DNA of 43,897 nt from Parvularia atlantis (GCA_943704415.1 CALSCO010000670.1:1-43897), one strand, 5' to 3'; counted from the stretch's first letter, positions 22,423 through 34,978 are shown. Translations and numbers: made by a program. Notes: generated from the sequence alone by a model not told the origin.

Positions 22423-23000
22423 TCAGCCGTACATGGGGTCGTACGCGGGCTCAGAGTCGCGCTGCACCTCCGGCAGCGCGTTGAGCCGCCGCCGCGTGCG
22501 CTCGCGCTCGTACTCGGGGTCGTCGGTGGGCAGCTCGAGCCGGCACGCCGGGCACGTGTTGTGCACACTCAGCCACGGCCGCACGCACTCGTCGTGGAAC
22601 AGGTGCCGGCACGGCAGGCGCATCGCGGGCGTGCCCGGCGCGAACGCGTCCATGCAGACTGTGCACTCGGACCCGTCGGCCGCGTTCACGAGCGGCAGGC
22701 TGCCCACAAACTCGCGCGACGCCGGCCGCGCCCGCCCGTCGTCTGCGCCGCCCAGGCCGCCCCGCTCGCCCATGAGCCTGAGCACGAGCTGGCCGATCTG
22801 CGCGGGGGCGACGTGCGGCCCTATCTCGGCGTGCAGCTGCCTGCCGCCCGCGGGCCCGCGTCAGCTGCCGCGCTCGCTGCATCCGCGGGGATGGCACACC
22901 GCAGCAGCGCCCGCCCGTCGCCGCCCAGCCGGCTCGGCCGTGCCGCCGACGAGGTGGACGACGAGGACGAGAGGAACGCGCGCACGCTCGCATCAGCCAT
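22423..23000 (-). CDS. RING-H2 E3 ligase, RNF181-like
   Basis: PASREFV.SLP, CTVC..LPCRHLFHDECVRPWL..HNTCPACRLELPTDDPEYE; one intron inferred; ATG at 23000. Confidence 0.85.
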
Positions 23001-23088
23001 CCTCCCACGTGGCCCACCTGACACGAAATCGGCCACTTTGCACCAGGGCGCCCGGCCACGTGGCTCGCGCAAAACGCTGAGCGACTCG

Positions 23089-25352
23089 ATGGGCCGCGCC
23101 AAGAAGTTTGTCGACAAGAAGCGCGCGGCGACCTTCGCGGTCGTGCACCGGAGCCAGCGCGACCCGCTGCTTGCCGACACCGACGCGTCGGCGCTCGTGC
23201 TCGTGCCGGTTGAGCTGCCGGGCTCGGCGCGCGCGTCGCGGGCCGCGCAGAACGGGCGTGGGCGGTTCATCAGCGGCAACGAGGACTTTTTCGACAACGT
23301 GTCGCAGGTCTCGTACGACCGCGACGACGGCGACGACGACGATGACGACGACGGCGAGCGCGGCAGCGGCGATGACGTGCCGTCCGACAGCGGGAGCGAT
23401 CGCACGGCCGGCAAGCCCGAGGTACAGCGTCGGCGACGGACGCGCCCGCCCGCGAATGAGTGCGTGCAAACCCCTCCCTCCTCCCCCCCTCCGCTACCAT
23501 GGCTAGTCAGGACGCCGCGCGCTCGCACCGTCGCCGGACGACCGTTACGCTCATGGAAGAGCATACCCACGGGCCGCCCCCCTGCACGCTCCGCGCGCCC
23601 GCACATGTGCCGTCGCCTCGGGGGTTCGCGCTCTTGTTCTAAGACGCCCCCCTCCAAGACGGCACGCGGCCGCGGGTGGGGCGGCCCGGCCCTTCGGGGC
23701 GCCCAGAGAGTCGAGGCACGCCATCTAGCTCGCCGCGTGACTCATAGTGGTCGCGCCCCACATCGCAGGAACGCGGGCGAGGCGGCCAAGTACGGCATCA
23801 TGCTTGACGACACCCAGTACGACTACACCCAGCACCTGAAGGAAATCGGCACAGATCCCATGGGCGTGTTCATCGCCGCGCCCGCCGCCAGCACCGCCGG
23901 CGACGCCGCGCGGCCGCTCAAGGGTAAGGAGCGCGACATGGTCGAGTTCCGCGCCCCGTCCGGCCGCACGATCGCCCTGCCGCGCGTCGCCTTCGCCTCG
24001 GAGATGGAGGAGGACGTAGGCATCCTCAACCTGGTGCGCGCTGGCTCGGCTCGAACACGTACGGCTGAGCCTGCCTGCGCCGCCAGGCCGCGCCCACGAC
24101 CGGGCCGCAGCCGCAGCTGGGCGCCGACGTGCTCGAGGTGCTCGAGGCGCTCGAGGACGACGCGTACGTGGGCGAGCTCGACGACGACTTTCTTGCAGAC
24201 CTGGACGCGTCGGGTGCGTGTGCCGGCATCGTGTGGCTGCTTGTCTCTCACCGTGCGGCGTGCAGGCGACGATGACGTGGACGGCAACGACGACGACGAC
24301 GACGACTACGAGGACGTGAACACAGACGACAGCGACTGGGAGGACCACGATCGCTTCAACGAGAAGCCCGTGCGGCCTGAGGACTTGGCCGAGCGCAAGA
24401 CGGCGCAGCTCACGCAGTACTCGATGACGTCGTCGGTCCTTCCGCGCACGGAGGACCTGCAGCTGCTGGACAACCGCTTCGAGAAGGTGTACCGCGCCGG
24501 GGGCGGACGGGCGGCGCTGCTGACGCTTCTGCTGGCCGCAGATGATGGAGCAGTACGACGCAACCGAGATCGGCGAGCTGGACGCGGACGACCCGAGTGT
24601 GCGCGGCGTGCGGCGGGTGGACGCGCTCGAGGATGTGCTGGACGAGTTCTTGCGCGCGGAAGGGACGCAGACGGGGCTCAAGGGCGTGGTCGACAGCTCG
24701 GAGCGCTTGCTGATCAAGCATGGCCTGATCAAGCCCTCGCCGGCCGCGCTCGAGCAGATCCGCAGGGACAACGAGCGTGCGCGGCGCGCCGTGGCCGAGG
24801 ACAACGCGGGCGAGCTGCGGCCGGTTGAGCGCGAGCGCATCGTGACGGAGGAGGAGCGCGAGGAGCACAACTGGGACTGCGAGTCGGTGCTGACGACGTA
24901 CTCGAACCGCGAGAATCACCCGGTGATGATCCGCGAGCAGCGCCGTGCGCGCATCGTTGTCAACCGGCGCGGCTTCCCGGTCGTTGTCGGCGGCGGCGGC
25001 GGCGGCGGCGACAGCGCAGTGACCGACGGCGCGGCGACGGCGAGCGCGCCAGAGACGGACGAGGAGGACGAGGAACAACAGGAGCAGCGTGGGCCAGACG
25101 GCACGCCGCCGCCCAATCGCCGGCCGCGCAACGAGACGCCCGAGGAGCGGCGGCTGCGCAAGCAGGCCGTAAAGGAGCACCGCCGGGTGCGCGCGCCTGG
25201 CCTTCTCGCCCGCGCGTCGCCTGACTGGGGCCGCGTGCGCCGCGCAGCACCGACGCATCGAGAAGAAGACGACCAAGGCGTTGTTCGCGTCTGAGAAGCA
25301 GCGGCAGGAGCGTGAGCGGCGCTCTGATCAGCAGCAAGTCTTGCACCTGTAG
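23089..25352 (+). CDS. LTV1: 40S ribosome biogenesis factor LTV1
   Basis: KKFVDKK.A.TF.VVHRSQRDPL; GEAAKYGI..DD..YDY.QHLK; YSMTSS; WDCESVLTTYSN..NHP; ETPEERR.RKQAVK. Confidence 0.95.
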
Positions 25353-25737
25353 AACCTTGTGACAGCATGCCCGTTGTTTGCATTAGGAAGCTGAAAGGGC
25401 GAGGGCGCCGATGGGCACGTCGCTGCTCGCGCCGCGGCACGACCGACGCTCGGAAGCTCGCATGTGCGCGCCCGCGCCTGGGGGGTGCGTGTGCTGGCCG
25501 CAGCCTACGTCCTGCTAACTGTGCCACGAGCGCGTGCAGCTCGGCCGACGCCGCGACGAGGCCGGCCATGTGAAGCGCGTCGCGGGCACCGTCTGGTGCG
25601 TCAACCGCCGGTGCAAGGCGTACGGCTTCGGCCTTAGCCGCGGGTGCGTGGCACACGGCCCGGCGCTGGAACATCGTCTTCCGGCTCCGCCGCCGTGCTC
25701 ACGGTAGTGGTGACGGGGCTGTCACTAATTGTTTTGG

Positions 25738-27256
25738 ATGGGTGGGGGTGGGTCCAAGCCGCGCCGGCGCGTGCCGGAGCTGCCGGCCGAGTACACGTCG
25801 CCGGACGCGCTCGCGCCCGAGATCGCGCCAAAGCCGCAGCCACAACAACAACAACAGCAGCAGCAGCCACCGCCCATCCTGCACCCTAAGCCGCGCCGCG
25901 CTGGCCCGCCGCCCGTCGCGCCAAAGCCCAACAAGTTCTCAACGCACAACCTCGACCTCGGGTGGATCGTGCAGCGCGAGGTGCCCGTGGCGGCGGCGGC
26001 GGCGGCGACGGTGGCGCACGAGGGCGAGGACGCCGCACCAGGAGCGCCAACCACGCCCTCAGCAGCACCGACCACGCCAGCAGCGCCGCGCAAGCCCGTC
26101 GGCGTCGCGCTGCTGCCGCCCGTCGCGCCCGGCGGGGTCGCGCTGCGGCCGACGCCCGCAGCCGGCTCGAGCGCGACCATGGGCAAGCTGCCGCCGGGCG
26201 ACACCGGGCTGCGCAGCAGCAGCAGCCCCGAGGCGGGCGCCGGCAAGTCGGCCACGCTGGGCGACGCGCTGCGCCGAGGCCGGTCGATGGTCGTCGAGGC
26301 CGGGGAGCACGACGCCGGCGCATCGGCGCCCTCGCTGGCTGCGTCTGCGTCGTCGCTCGCGCCGTCATCGTCGTCGTCGCCGGCTCCGGAGCGCGCCGCC
26401 ACGCCCTTTGACGATCTGCGCTCCGACGCGATGCCGCTCTCGCCCTCGCCCAAGAAGGACATCGCGCGCCTGCAGAAGGGCCGCAAGCGCCCGCCCAGCA
26501 AGGCCACGCGCGTGTACCTGCTCGACGAGACGTACAAGGCCATCCCGCTGTCAACCGCGGCCACGGCCAAGGACGTGCTGACAGAGCTGATCGTGCGTGC
26601 GCTTCGTGGCCGGCGTGCAGAGCGGCTCACGGCGCTCGCGCGGCGTGCAGGAGAAGGCACACGTGGAGGAGAAGGACGCGCCCAGCTACTGCCTGTACGA
26701 GGTCGACGCCGACAGCGCGGCGCAGCGCGAGCTGGCCGACGACGAGCTGCCGCTCGCGGTCGTCCTCGGCTGGCCCGAGACGATCAAGGCCAACATGCGT
26801 CTCTACTTCAAGCCAAAGACCAAGACCGCCGCCGCCGCCGCGCGCAAGGTCGGCAAGGCCACCCTCAAGCGTCAGAAGGCCGTCCAGCCCCTTCTCGTGC
26901 GCCGCACTGCGTACAAGGGTGTGGTCGCCCTGCCGGACGAGCGCGAGCTCGAGGTGCCCGTCACGGCCGAGACGACCGCGGGCGACCTGGTCGAGCTCGT
27001 GGTCAAGAGCCTCAAGCTCAAGGGCAAGACGCCGTGGCAGCTGTTTGAGGTGCAGGGCGCGGACGAGCTCAAGCTGCTGGCCGAGTCGGCGAGCGCGTTT
27101 GGTGCGTCTCTGCGGCCCGCATGCCCTGCCCTGACGCGTCCGCATGCCCTGCTCTGACACGCCCGCATACCCTGCCCTGACACGCCCGCAGACGTGTTGC
27201 TGGGCTGGCAGGGCCGCCCTGACTACAAGTTTGCGATCAAGCCGGCAGCGGCGTAG
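25738..27256 (+). CDS. Putatively myristoylated Pro-rich protein with two C-terminal Ras-association (ubiquitin-like) domains
   Basis: MGGGGS start; PPPVAPKP; RVYLLDETYKAI..TAKDVL..YCLYEV..RELADDELPL.V..GW; second copy TTAGDLV..WQLFEV..DVLLGW. Confidence 0.7.
27118..27186. repeat. Intronic 23-bp tandem repeat, 3 units
   Basis: CGCATGCCCTGCCCTGACGCGTC / CGCATGCCCTGCTCTGACACGCC / CGCATACCCTGCCCTGACACGCC, then the CGCAG acceptor. Confidence 0.9.
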
Positions 27257-27344
27257 GTGCCGCGCGTCGTAACGTTGTTGTCTGTCGCCGCAGCCGGATG
27301 CATCCACACCGCAGCCGGTCCGGTTCGCCACCCATCAAGTACAG

Positions 27345-30300
27345 TCACACGCCACGCTTCTTCAGCTCCTTGCGCAGCCGGTCCACCTCCATCCCCATCG
27401 AGTCGATCACGCGCTGCAGCTCCATGTTCTTCATGTGGTACTCCTCGACCTGGTGCTGCAGTTTGCGGTTGGTCTCGGTCAGCTCGACCTGCTGCGCCGT
27501 GGGCTTGCGCTTGAGGATGTTGGAGATCGGGCTGTGCGCACATCAGCCACGTCGCGGCTCTCTGTGCACATTGCACCTCATCAGGTCGGCACCGGTCAGC
27601 TCGCCGCTGGCGGCTGGCGCTGCCCCTGCCGACGCAGCCGCTGCGCACACAGCCACCGCTCAGTACGCGCGACCCCGCCGTAACAAAGACGCACGCAAAA
27701 TGCCCGTCCGCTCGCGCATCAAAAAGTCCTGGATGATCTTGGCCTTGGCCTCGTTGTCCTGCTGCAGCACCTTGACGTCGCTGCTGAGCAGCCGTACCTT
27801 CTCTTCAAGCATCGCCGCGCGCCCATTGTCGCCGCCGCGCTGCGCATGCACCGTCAGCACCGACACAAAGCGCTGCTGCTCCTGCCACGCACGTCGTCGC
27901 CGTGCTCGGCCCCGTCGCGCGCGTGCGGCCGCGGCGGCAGGTTGGGCGGCTCCAGCGAGTCGGACGAGCTGCCAAAGTTGAGGCGCGACCCGCGGCTCAG
28001 GCGCTCGACCTCCTTCTTCAGGTCCTTGACCTGGAGCGCGCGTGAGTGAACGAAGCGGCAGCGACGCCGCACCATCTGCATCTGCTTGCGCTCGGCGATC
28101 TTGCGCTCGTTCTGCGCGTCCTCCAGCTGCGCCCGCAGCTCGTCGGCCTCCTTCTCGGCCACCTCGAGGCTGTGCGACGCCTCGGCCAGCTTGGCCTGCG
28201 CCGCCGTGAGCTCGGCGCGCACGTCCTCCATCTTTGTCGCGCGTCGTCAGCTCGCCGCATGTGCGCACACGAAGCGCACCTCCTTGGCGTGGCGCTCCTT
28301 GCGCTTGTCGTGGCGCTGCTGCAGGTCGTCGCGCGCAGCCGTGACCTCGTCCAGCTTGCTCTGCGCGCGGGGTTACCTCAATCGTCACGCCCGGCACCAC
28401 GACGCACCTGCAGCTCCTTCACCTGGCCCTGGGTGTCGCTCAGCGTGGTCGACAGCTGCGGCGGCGGCGGCGAGTCAGCAGGCAGTCCACAGCTGCACAC
28501 GCGTGCACCTGGTCGCGCTCGACCTTGAAGCCCTCGACTTTGCTGTTGAGCGTGAGCCGCAGCTGCTCCGACTCCTGCTTCAGCAGCTCGTTCAGGCGCT
28601 GGATCTCGGCCATCTCTTTGAGGTGCTTGTTGATGAGCTGCGCGGGAGGATCAGCAGCGCACACGCCGTGCCCGCGCCGCACGCACCTCGTCCTTGTCGC
28701 GAGACAGCTGGTCGACACTCTGCTTGCGGCTCTCGGCCAGCTGCTCCGTCTTGCCCAGCTGCTCCGACAGGGCATTGAGACGGTCTGCGCAGGGCGGTGA
28801 CGATGAGATGCTGTGGCGCCCTCCGTGGGCTGATCGCGCCACCGGTCAACTGCTTGTTCTCGTCCGTGAGCGAGTTGACGCGCTTGTTGAGCGCCTCCAT
28901 CTGCGTCGTCAGCGACTTGAGGTTCTCCTTCATCTGCTTGGCCTGGTTCGTCTTGACACCCACCGCGCGGTGTCGGCATGGGCGCATGGCCGACGGAGCC
29001 GCGGCTCACGCACCCTAATCTCGACCGCCTCCTTCGCCAGCGCCAGCTCCTTGTCGAGCGCCGCCGCGCGCGTCTCGCTCTGCTTGCGCGCCTCCTCGGT
29101 CTGCTTCAGCTGCGCCTCCAGCTCGCGCGAGTGGTCGGCCTTGACAGGCACGGCGGGTGCCGGTGCGGTCGCGAGCTGTGCGCGCATGCGTCATTGTCAG
29201 TCGTGCGCCCAGTCAGCGCAGCGGACGCACCTGCTTTCTGAGCTTTTGCAGCTCGTCGTTCTGCACACACGCACAACCGGTCAGACGGCACGGCCCAACG
29301 CGCACGCACGCCACTGCACCTTCATGATCATGTCCTCCTCGTGGTGCCGCTTGAGCTCCGACAGCTTGGTGTCGACGCTGTGCTTGAGCGCCGAGTTGGC
29401 CTCCTCGAGTGCGCGAACCTGCGCCTGCACCCGCGCGACGTCTCAGTCAGTCTTTGACCTACACGGCCCGCGCACCTTGGCGGTCTCGAGCTGCTTCTCA
29501 AGCATCGGGTCGCGCGCCTGGCGCGGTCGACGTCAACGAAAGAGGCACACGGCGCAGCGCGGCGCACCGGCGCGGCGTCCGCGCTCTGCGCGTCGATCGA
29601 CGACGTCACGGCCTCGTGCAGCCTCTGCGCGACCGTCTGCGGCGCAGCGTCAGCGGGGCGCGCGCACAGCCCGCAAAGCGCTTGACCTGGTCGGCGGCCT
29701 CGGCCAGGGCTTCGTCGATCAGCTCGTGCTGGTACGCGCCGATGTCAGCACGCGCACGGGACACGCGCCGCCACCGCTGCCGCACCAGCCGGTGCAGCCG
29801 CTCGGATGAGAGCGCGAAGGTGCTCGTGCTTCCGTTGGTGGCGGGCGACGCCACGGCGGCGGCCTGCAGCTGCTCCTGCAGCTTGCGCAGCTCCTGCGCA
29901 TGCTGCTCCTCCGCGGCCTTGAGGCGCGCCTCGAGCTCGTCCTGGATCGTGCTCATGTGGCGCATGTTTTCGCGCATCGCCTGGATCTGCGTGGCGGCGC
30001 GGTCAAGAGGGCGGACGGATGCCGCTGCGCCGTGCCTGCGAGTCCTTCTCGCTGTACTCGCGCTTCATGTTCTTGTTCTCGAGCAGGATCGCGCGCAGGT
30101 CCGCCTCGCTGTGCGTTGCCGCCGCCGCGTTCGGCTCGCCCGCGGCCGCGGAAGGCGCGGGCGGGTGCGCAGGGCTTGCCGTGGTCGACTTGGCGCCGCC
30201 GATCGAGTTGTCGAGCGCGGCCGCGCCCTTCTTGGCCTTGTCGAGCAGGTTGCCGAAGCTGAAGCCGCCGGTGCTCTTGGCCGCGCCCTGGGCGGGCGAC

Positions 30301-30583
30301 GCCGTGCCGGTGGGCGCGGCGGGCGCGGGCGCGGCGGGCGCAGGAGCCTTGCGCACGTGTTCGAGCTCTGCGCCGCGCCCGGTCGGGCTCTGCGCGCACC
30401 GCTCGCCTGCACGCACCATCGCGCAGCTTCTTCTCGCGCTGTTGCGCCTCGTACTGCGCCTCCTTGAGGCGGATGAGCTCGTCCTGGAGCCGGTTGAACT
30501 GCGCGGCGCGGCGGCGCGGCTCGCTGAGAGGCGCCCCACTCCGCGGCCACGCTGCGCACGTCTTCAAGCGACACGCCGCTCAT
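27345..30583 (-). CDS. GRIP1-associated protein 1-like long coiled-coil protein; many introns
   Basis: N-terminus MSGVSLEDV|QFNRLQDELIRLK..QY and C-terminus KAKIIQDFLMRE...NRKLQHQVEEYHMKNMELQ..I..MG.EV.RL both resemble GRIPAP1 termini as recalled. Confidence 0.7.
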
Positions 30584-30616
30584 CTTGCCGATCAAATCGC
30601 AGCGTGTGGTACATGC

Positions 30617-31922
30617 ATGGACGCCGCCGATGTCGATGCCGAGCGCGAGGACGACGCGTTCAAGTCGTGGGAGGGGGTGCGCTCGGCGCGGCACGTCGGG
30701 GGCGCGCTCCAATCGCGGCGCGGCAGGCGTACCAGCGCAGCTGGGACGTGCTGCAGGAGGACCAGGACGGGTCGCTGCACACGGCGGTCAACTCGCTGCA
30801 GCAGCAACTCAAGCGGCGCCGCGTCAAGCAGATCCGCCAGATCCGCCGCGGCATCATCCGGCACGTCGTGCTCGTGATCGACCTGTCGCGCGCGATGGAG
30901 GAGCGCGATCTGGCGCCGTCGCGCCTCGAGCTTACCCTCACGCTGGCCGAGAGCTTCCTGGCCGAGTTCTTTGACCAGAACCCGATCAGCCAGGTCGGCA
31001 TCGTCGTCACGCGCGACGCCGCGGCCGAGAAGCTGACCGAGCTCAGCGGCAACCCGGCCGAGCACATGCGCCTGCTGCGCGAGAACAAGGCTACGGTCGG
31101 CGAGCCGTCGCTGCAGAACGCGCTTGAGCTGGCGCGGCAGTCGCTCGCGTGCGTGGCACGCACAGTGCTGGGACAGGCGCGGCTCAGACTGGGCGCACGC
31201 GCGCACGCAGACACGTGCCCAAGCACGGCAGCCGCGAGATCATCCTGATCGTCGCGAGCCTCACGACATGCGACCCGGGCAACATCTTCCACACGATCGA
31301 CGCGCTCAAGCAGGACCGCGTGCGCTGCTCGGTCATCGGCCTGTCGGCCGAGCTGCACGTGTGCCGCACGCTCGCGCGCGAGACCAACGGCGAGTACCAC
31401 ATCGTCCTGCACGACCAGCACATGCGCGAGGTCCTGCTCGACCACGTCGTGCCCCCGCCCGTCACCGCGGCCACGACCGCGTCGGACCTGGTCATCATGG
31501 GCTTCCCCGTGCGCAAGCAGGAGACGCACGCGTCGCTCTGCAGCTGGTGCGCGCGCGCGCGCGCGTGCGCGTCGCCCGCCGCGCGCGGGGCTGAGCGTGC
31601 CTGCAGTCATCAGCGCTGGACCTTTGGCGGGTACATCTGCCCGCGCTGCCTGGCCAAAGTCTGCGACCTGCCGTCCGAGTGCCCCACGTGCGCGCTCACG
31701 CTCGTCTCGTCGCCGCACCTCGCGCGCTCCTACCACCACTTGCTCCCGCTCGAGCCGTTCAAGGAACAGCCGCCCGCGGGCACGAAGCGCTGCGGCGCCT
31801 GCGACCGTCCCGTCGCGCGCGGCGAGAACGTCTTTGCGTGCCCGCGCTGCAGCCGCGCGTTCTGCATCGACTGCGACGTCTTCATTCACGACGTTTTGCA
31901 CAACTGCCCCGGCTGTGTCTAG
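30617..31922 (+). CDS. GTF2H2: TFIIH subunit p44 (Ssl1)
   Basis: vWA domain RGIIRH..IDLS.AM..DL.P.R, EFFDQNPISQ, GEPSLQNAL, SLTTCDPG; CPRC..KVC.LP.ECPTC.L.L.SSPHLARSYHHL; C-terminal C4C4 finger LHNCPGC. Confidence 0.96.
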
Positions 31923-34115
31923 GCTGATGTCGGCGCCGCGTGTGTCTTCTTACGCCTGTGCTTGCCGCCGCCGCCACCGGCCGGGGCCATGGCCGACGGC
32001 GCCTCGAGCAGACCAAAGCTGCGCGTGCGGCGGGGGTTAAGCGAGGCGGGCGTGGCGCGGGCGCGGGCACGGCGCGGCGTGCCTCTTGGCGAGGTGGCCG
32101 AGGTGGATACGCTTGACGTGGAACACGGCGCGCTGCTTGTGGCCGTGCGTCGCGTACGAGCGGATCCACTGGTGGAACGCCTGCGTCGCGAGCTCCTTGA
32201 GCTGCGCACGGCGGTCAGCAACGACAGCCAGGCGCGATCGTGCGCCGCCACCTTGGCGTCCTTGGCCACGCACTGCTCTATCAGCGTCTGCACGTACGTC
32301 GCCGCGCGCTGCGCGTCCGTCTCTAGGCCCTGCTGGCGCACGCGCGCGCGCTCGAGATCGGCCGCGCTCGCGTGCGGCAGGGCGGCGATGAACGCGTCCG
32401 GCGGCAGCTCGGCCGGCGCCACGCCCTTGGCCGCGAGCAGGTCCAGGTACTCGCCCTCGCTCGGGATCAGAAACAGCACCGACTCGCCGGCCGCGCCCAG
32501 GCGCGCCGTGCGCCCGACGCGGTGCACGTAGTCGAAGATGTCCTGCGACGGCGTGAGTGTGTATGTGTCTCTGTCCGGGCGAGAGCGGGGCCGCACGCAC
32601 CTGCGGACAGTCAAACTGAACCACAAAGTCGATGCCGGGCAGGTCAATGCCGCGCGCGACGACATCCGTGCAAAACAAAACGCCGCGCTCGCACCGTCGG
32701 AACTCGTCGTATGTCTCGGTGCGCACGCGCGAGGGCAGGTGGCTGTGCAAGCGGAAGAGCGGCACGTCTGGCAGCACGCCGGCCCCGGTCAGCGAGGCGT
32801 GGTGAAAGTCGCACGAGAGGCGCGTGCTGAAAAAAACGATGCCCTTGCGGGGCGTGCCGACCGCACCCGCGCTGCGCATGAGGCAGCCAACGAGCGACAC
32901 GAGCCGCTGCTTGACGGGGATAGTGGCGTACGCCTGGCGCAGCTGCGGCGGGAAGGCGTAGGCCGCGTGGGACGCGTCTTCGTCCGGCTGCTGCTCCTCG
33001 GCGTCCTCGGCATCCTCGTCCGAGTCCGAGTCCGAGTCGAAGCGGCGGTCGGCGACGGCGTGCGGCGCGGTCGAGGCGGCGGGTGCGGGCCCCTCGATGT
33101 GGATGAAGACTGGGTCGGTGAGGGCGCGCTTGAGCATGCGCTGGAGCGTGTCCTGCACTGTTGCCGAGCACAAGATGGTCTGGCGGCGCGTGGGCAGGCC
33201 GGACGGGACGGCTTCGGGCCCTGCCGTGGCGCGCTGCTCGTCGATCAGGTCGAGCAGGGCCGTGATGTCCTTCTCAAAGCCCTGGTCGAGCATGCGGTCG
33301 GCCTCGTCCAGGATGAGGAAGGCCAGGCGGTCGAATGCGACCAGGCGCGTCTTGCGCACGTACTCCATCAGCCGGCCCGGGGTGGCCACGAGCACGTTCA
33401 CGCCGCGGCGCAGGCTCTGCTTCTCGGACTTGCGGTGGTCGCCGCCGGTGACCAGGCCCGGCACGCACAGGATCTGGGCAGCGAGGATGCGCTTGAGCAC
33501 GTCAAAGGTCTGGGCGGCGAGCTCGCGGGTCGGGCTGAGGATGAGCGCGACGATACCCGAGTCGCGCCGGTTGATCCTGGCCGGGAGGGCGAGGATGCGC
33601 TGGACGAGCGGCAGGACAAAGGCGAGGGTCTTGCCGCTGCCCGTGCGCGAGTCGAGCACGACGTCGTGCCCGCGCAGGATGGCCGGGATGCCGCGCGCCT
33701 GCACCGGCGTGGGCTGCGTGATCGGCGGCGACATCTTGCTCGCCAGCAGCCGCACGATGCGCCCGTCCAGCCCAAGCTCCTCGAACGAGCGCGCGTCGGC
33801 CGCAAACTCGTACGACGCCGCGGCGGGCGGCGCTGGCGGTGGCGGTGGCGGCGTCGGCGCGCTGGGCGCTGATGGTCGGGCCGTGCCCGAGAACAGCGAC
33901 GAGATGACGACGCGACGCGGCTGCTTCGCCTGCTGCTGCTGCTCGCTCGGCGGCGGCGGCACTGGCGCCTCGGCGCGGCGGCTGCGCTTGACCACGGGCG
34001 CCCGCGCGCCGCCGGCCGGGGCCGCCCGCCGCTTGGCGCCGCGATGGGCCGGCGCATCATCGTCGGCGCCGCCCGTGCCCGTCAGGTGCAGCAGCAGCCC
34101 GTCGGCGTCGCTCAT
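31919..34115 (-). CDS. DDX31: DEAD-box RNA helicase DDX31/Dbp7
   Basis: MSDADGLLLHL start; TGSGKT, PTRELA, RKSEK..LR.GVN, DEAD, SAT, YVHRVGRTAR, HLGHLAK|SFGL. Confidence 0.92.
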
Positions 34116-34129
34116 CGCACAAGAAAGTC

Positions 34130-34924
34130 TCACCCCGTCAGGTAGCCCAGCCACGACCCGAGACTGCTGTGCAGGCCAAGCTGCTGCGCCTGCTGCCGCG
34201 CGTAGAAGAAGAGGAGGGCAAGGGCAACGAGCTTGGTGCCCTGGTGCAGCACGGCGCGGCGGCGCCCGCCCCCGGCGACCGTCGCGGCGGCCGCGGCGAG
34301 CGGGTAGTCGACCAGGGACAAGTTGACGGCCCAGAGGCACAGCGCCAGCAGCACGCCGTCGACCACGCGGTCGCGGTTGAGCCGGCTGCGCATGAGCCCG
34401 TCGGTCAGGCGCTGCTGCTCGGCCAGCAGCTCCTTCTGCCGGGCCATCTCCTCGGTGTACTGGCCGGCGGCGCATCAGCAACCCGCGCGCGCGCGCGCGC
34501 ACACGCACACATGCACGCCGCGCACCTGCGCCATCGTCTGCTTGAGCAAGTCCTCGTTCGTCTCGAGCGCCGCGCGCAGCTCGCCCGCCCGCTCGCGCTG
34601 CTCGTCCATCTGCGCGTCGAGCGAGTGCACGTCGGCCTCGAGCCGCTCGATCGTGTCGCACTGGCGACGGATGTCGTCCTCGAGCTGCCCGATCCGGCGC
34701 CGCCCCTCGGCCAGGGCCTGCTGCAGCTGCCGGTTGCGCACGGCGTTGGCAACGTTGGCGATGTAGTTGGCCATGCCCAGCCGGGCCTGCGCCCGGTTGA
34801 TCTCGGCCTGGCGCCGGAAGGCCTCGTCGAGCTTGGTCACGAGCTCGCCGTACGCGGGCAGGCGCGCGACCGTGCCCTGCGTGCCCTGCGCCGCGGCCGA
34901 TGCGGGCACCAGCTCCCTGTCCAT
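34130..34924 (-). CDS. Hypothetical coiled-coil protein with C-terminal transmembrane segments
   Basis: Heptad-rich ORF (MDRELV...) spliced to YTEEMARQ...VLLALCLWAV...LVALALLFFY; codon bias looks coding; no family recognised. Confidence 0.65.
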
Positions 34925-34978
34925 GTGCTGCGGTTGTGGCGCAGTGCGGCAGAACAAAGTTGTCACAACGTCAGCAGA

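Noticed and set aside
25353..25737. Possible small gene between LTV1 and the RA-domain gene
   Set aside because: No recognisable motif or consistent exon model; left unannotated.
26455..26505. Capping-protein-interaction motif in RLQKGRKRPPSK
   Set aside because: Lacks the LxHxTxxRPK core.
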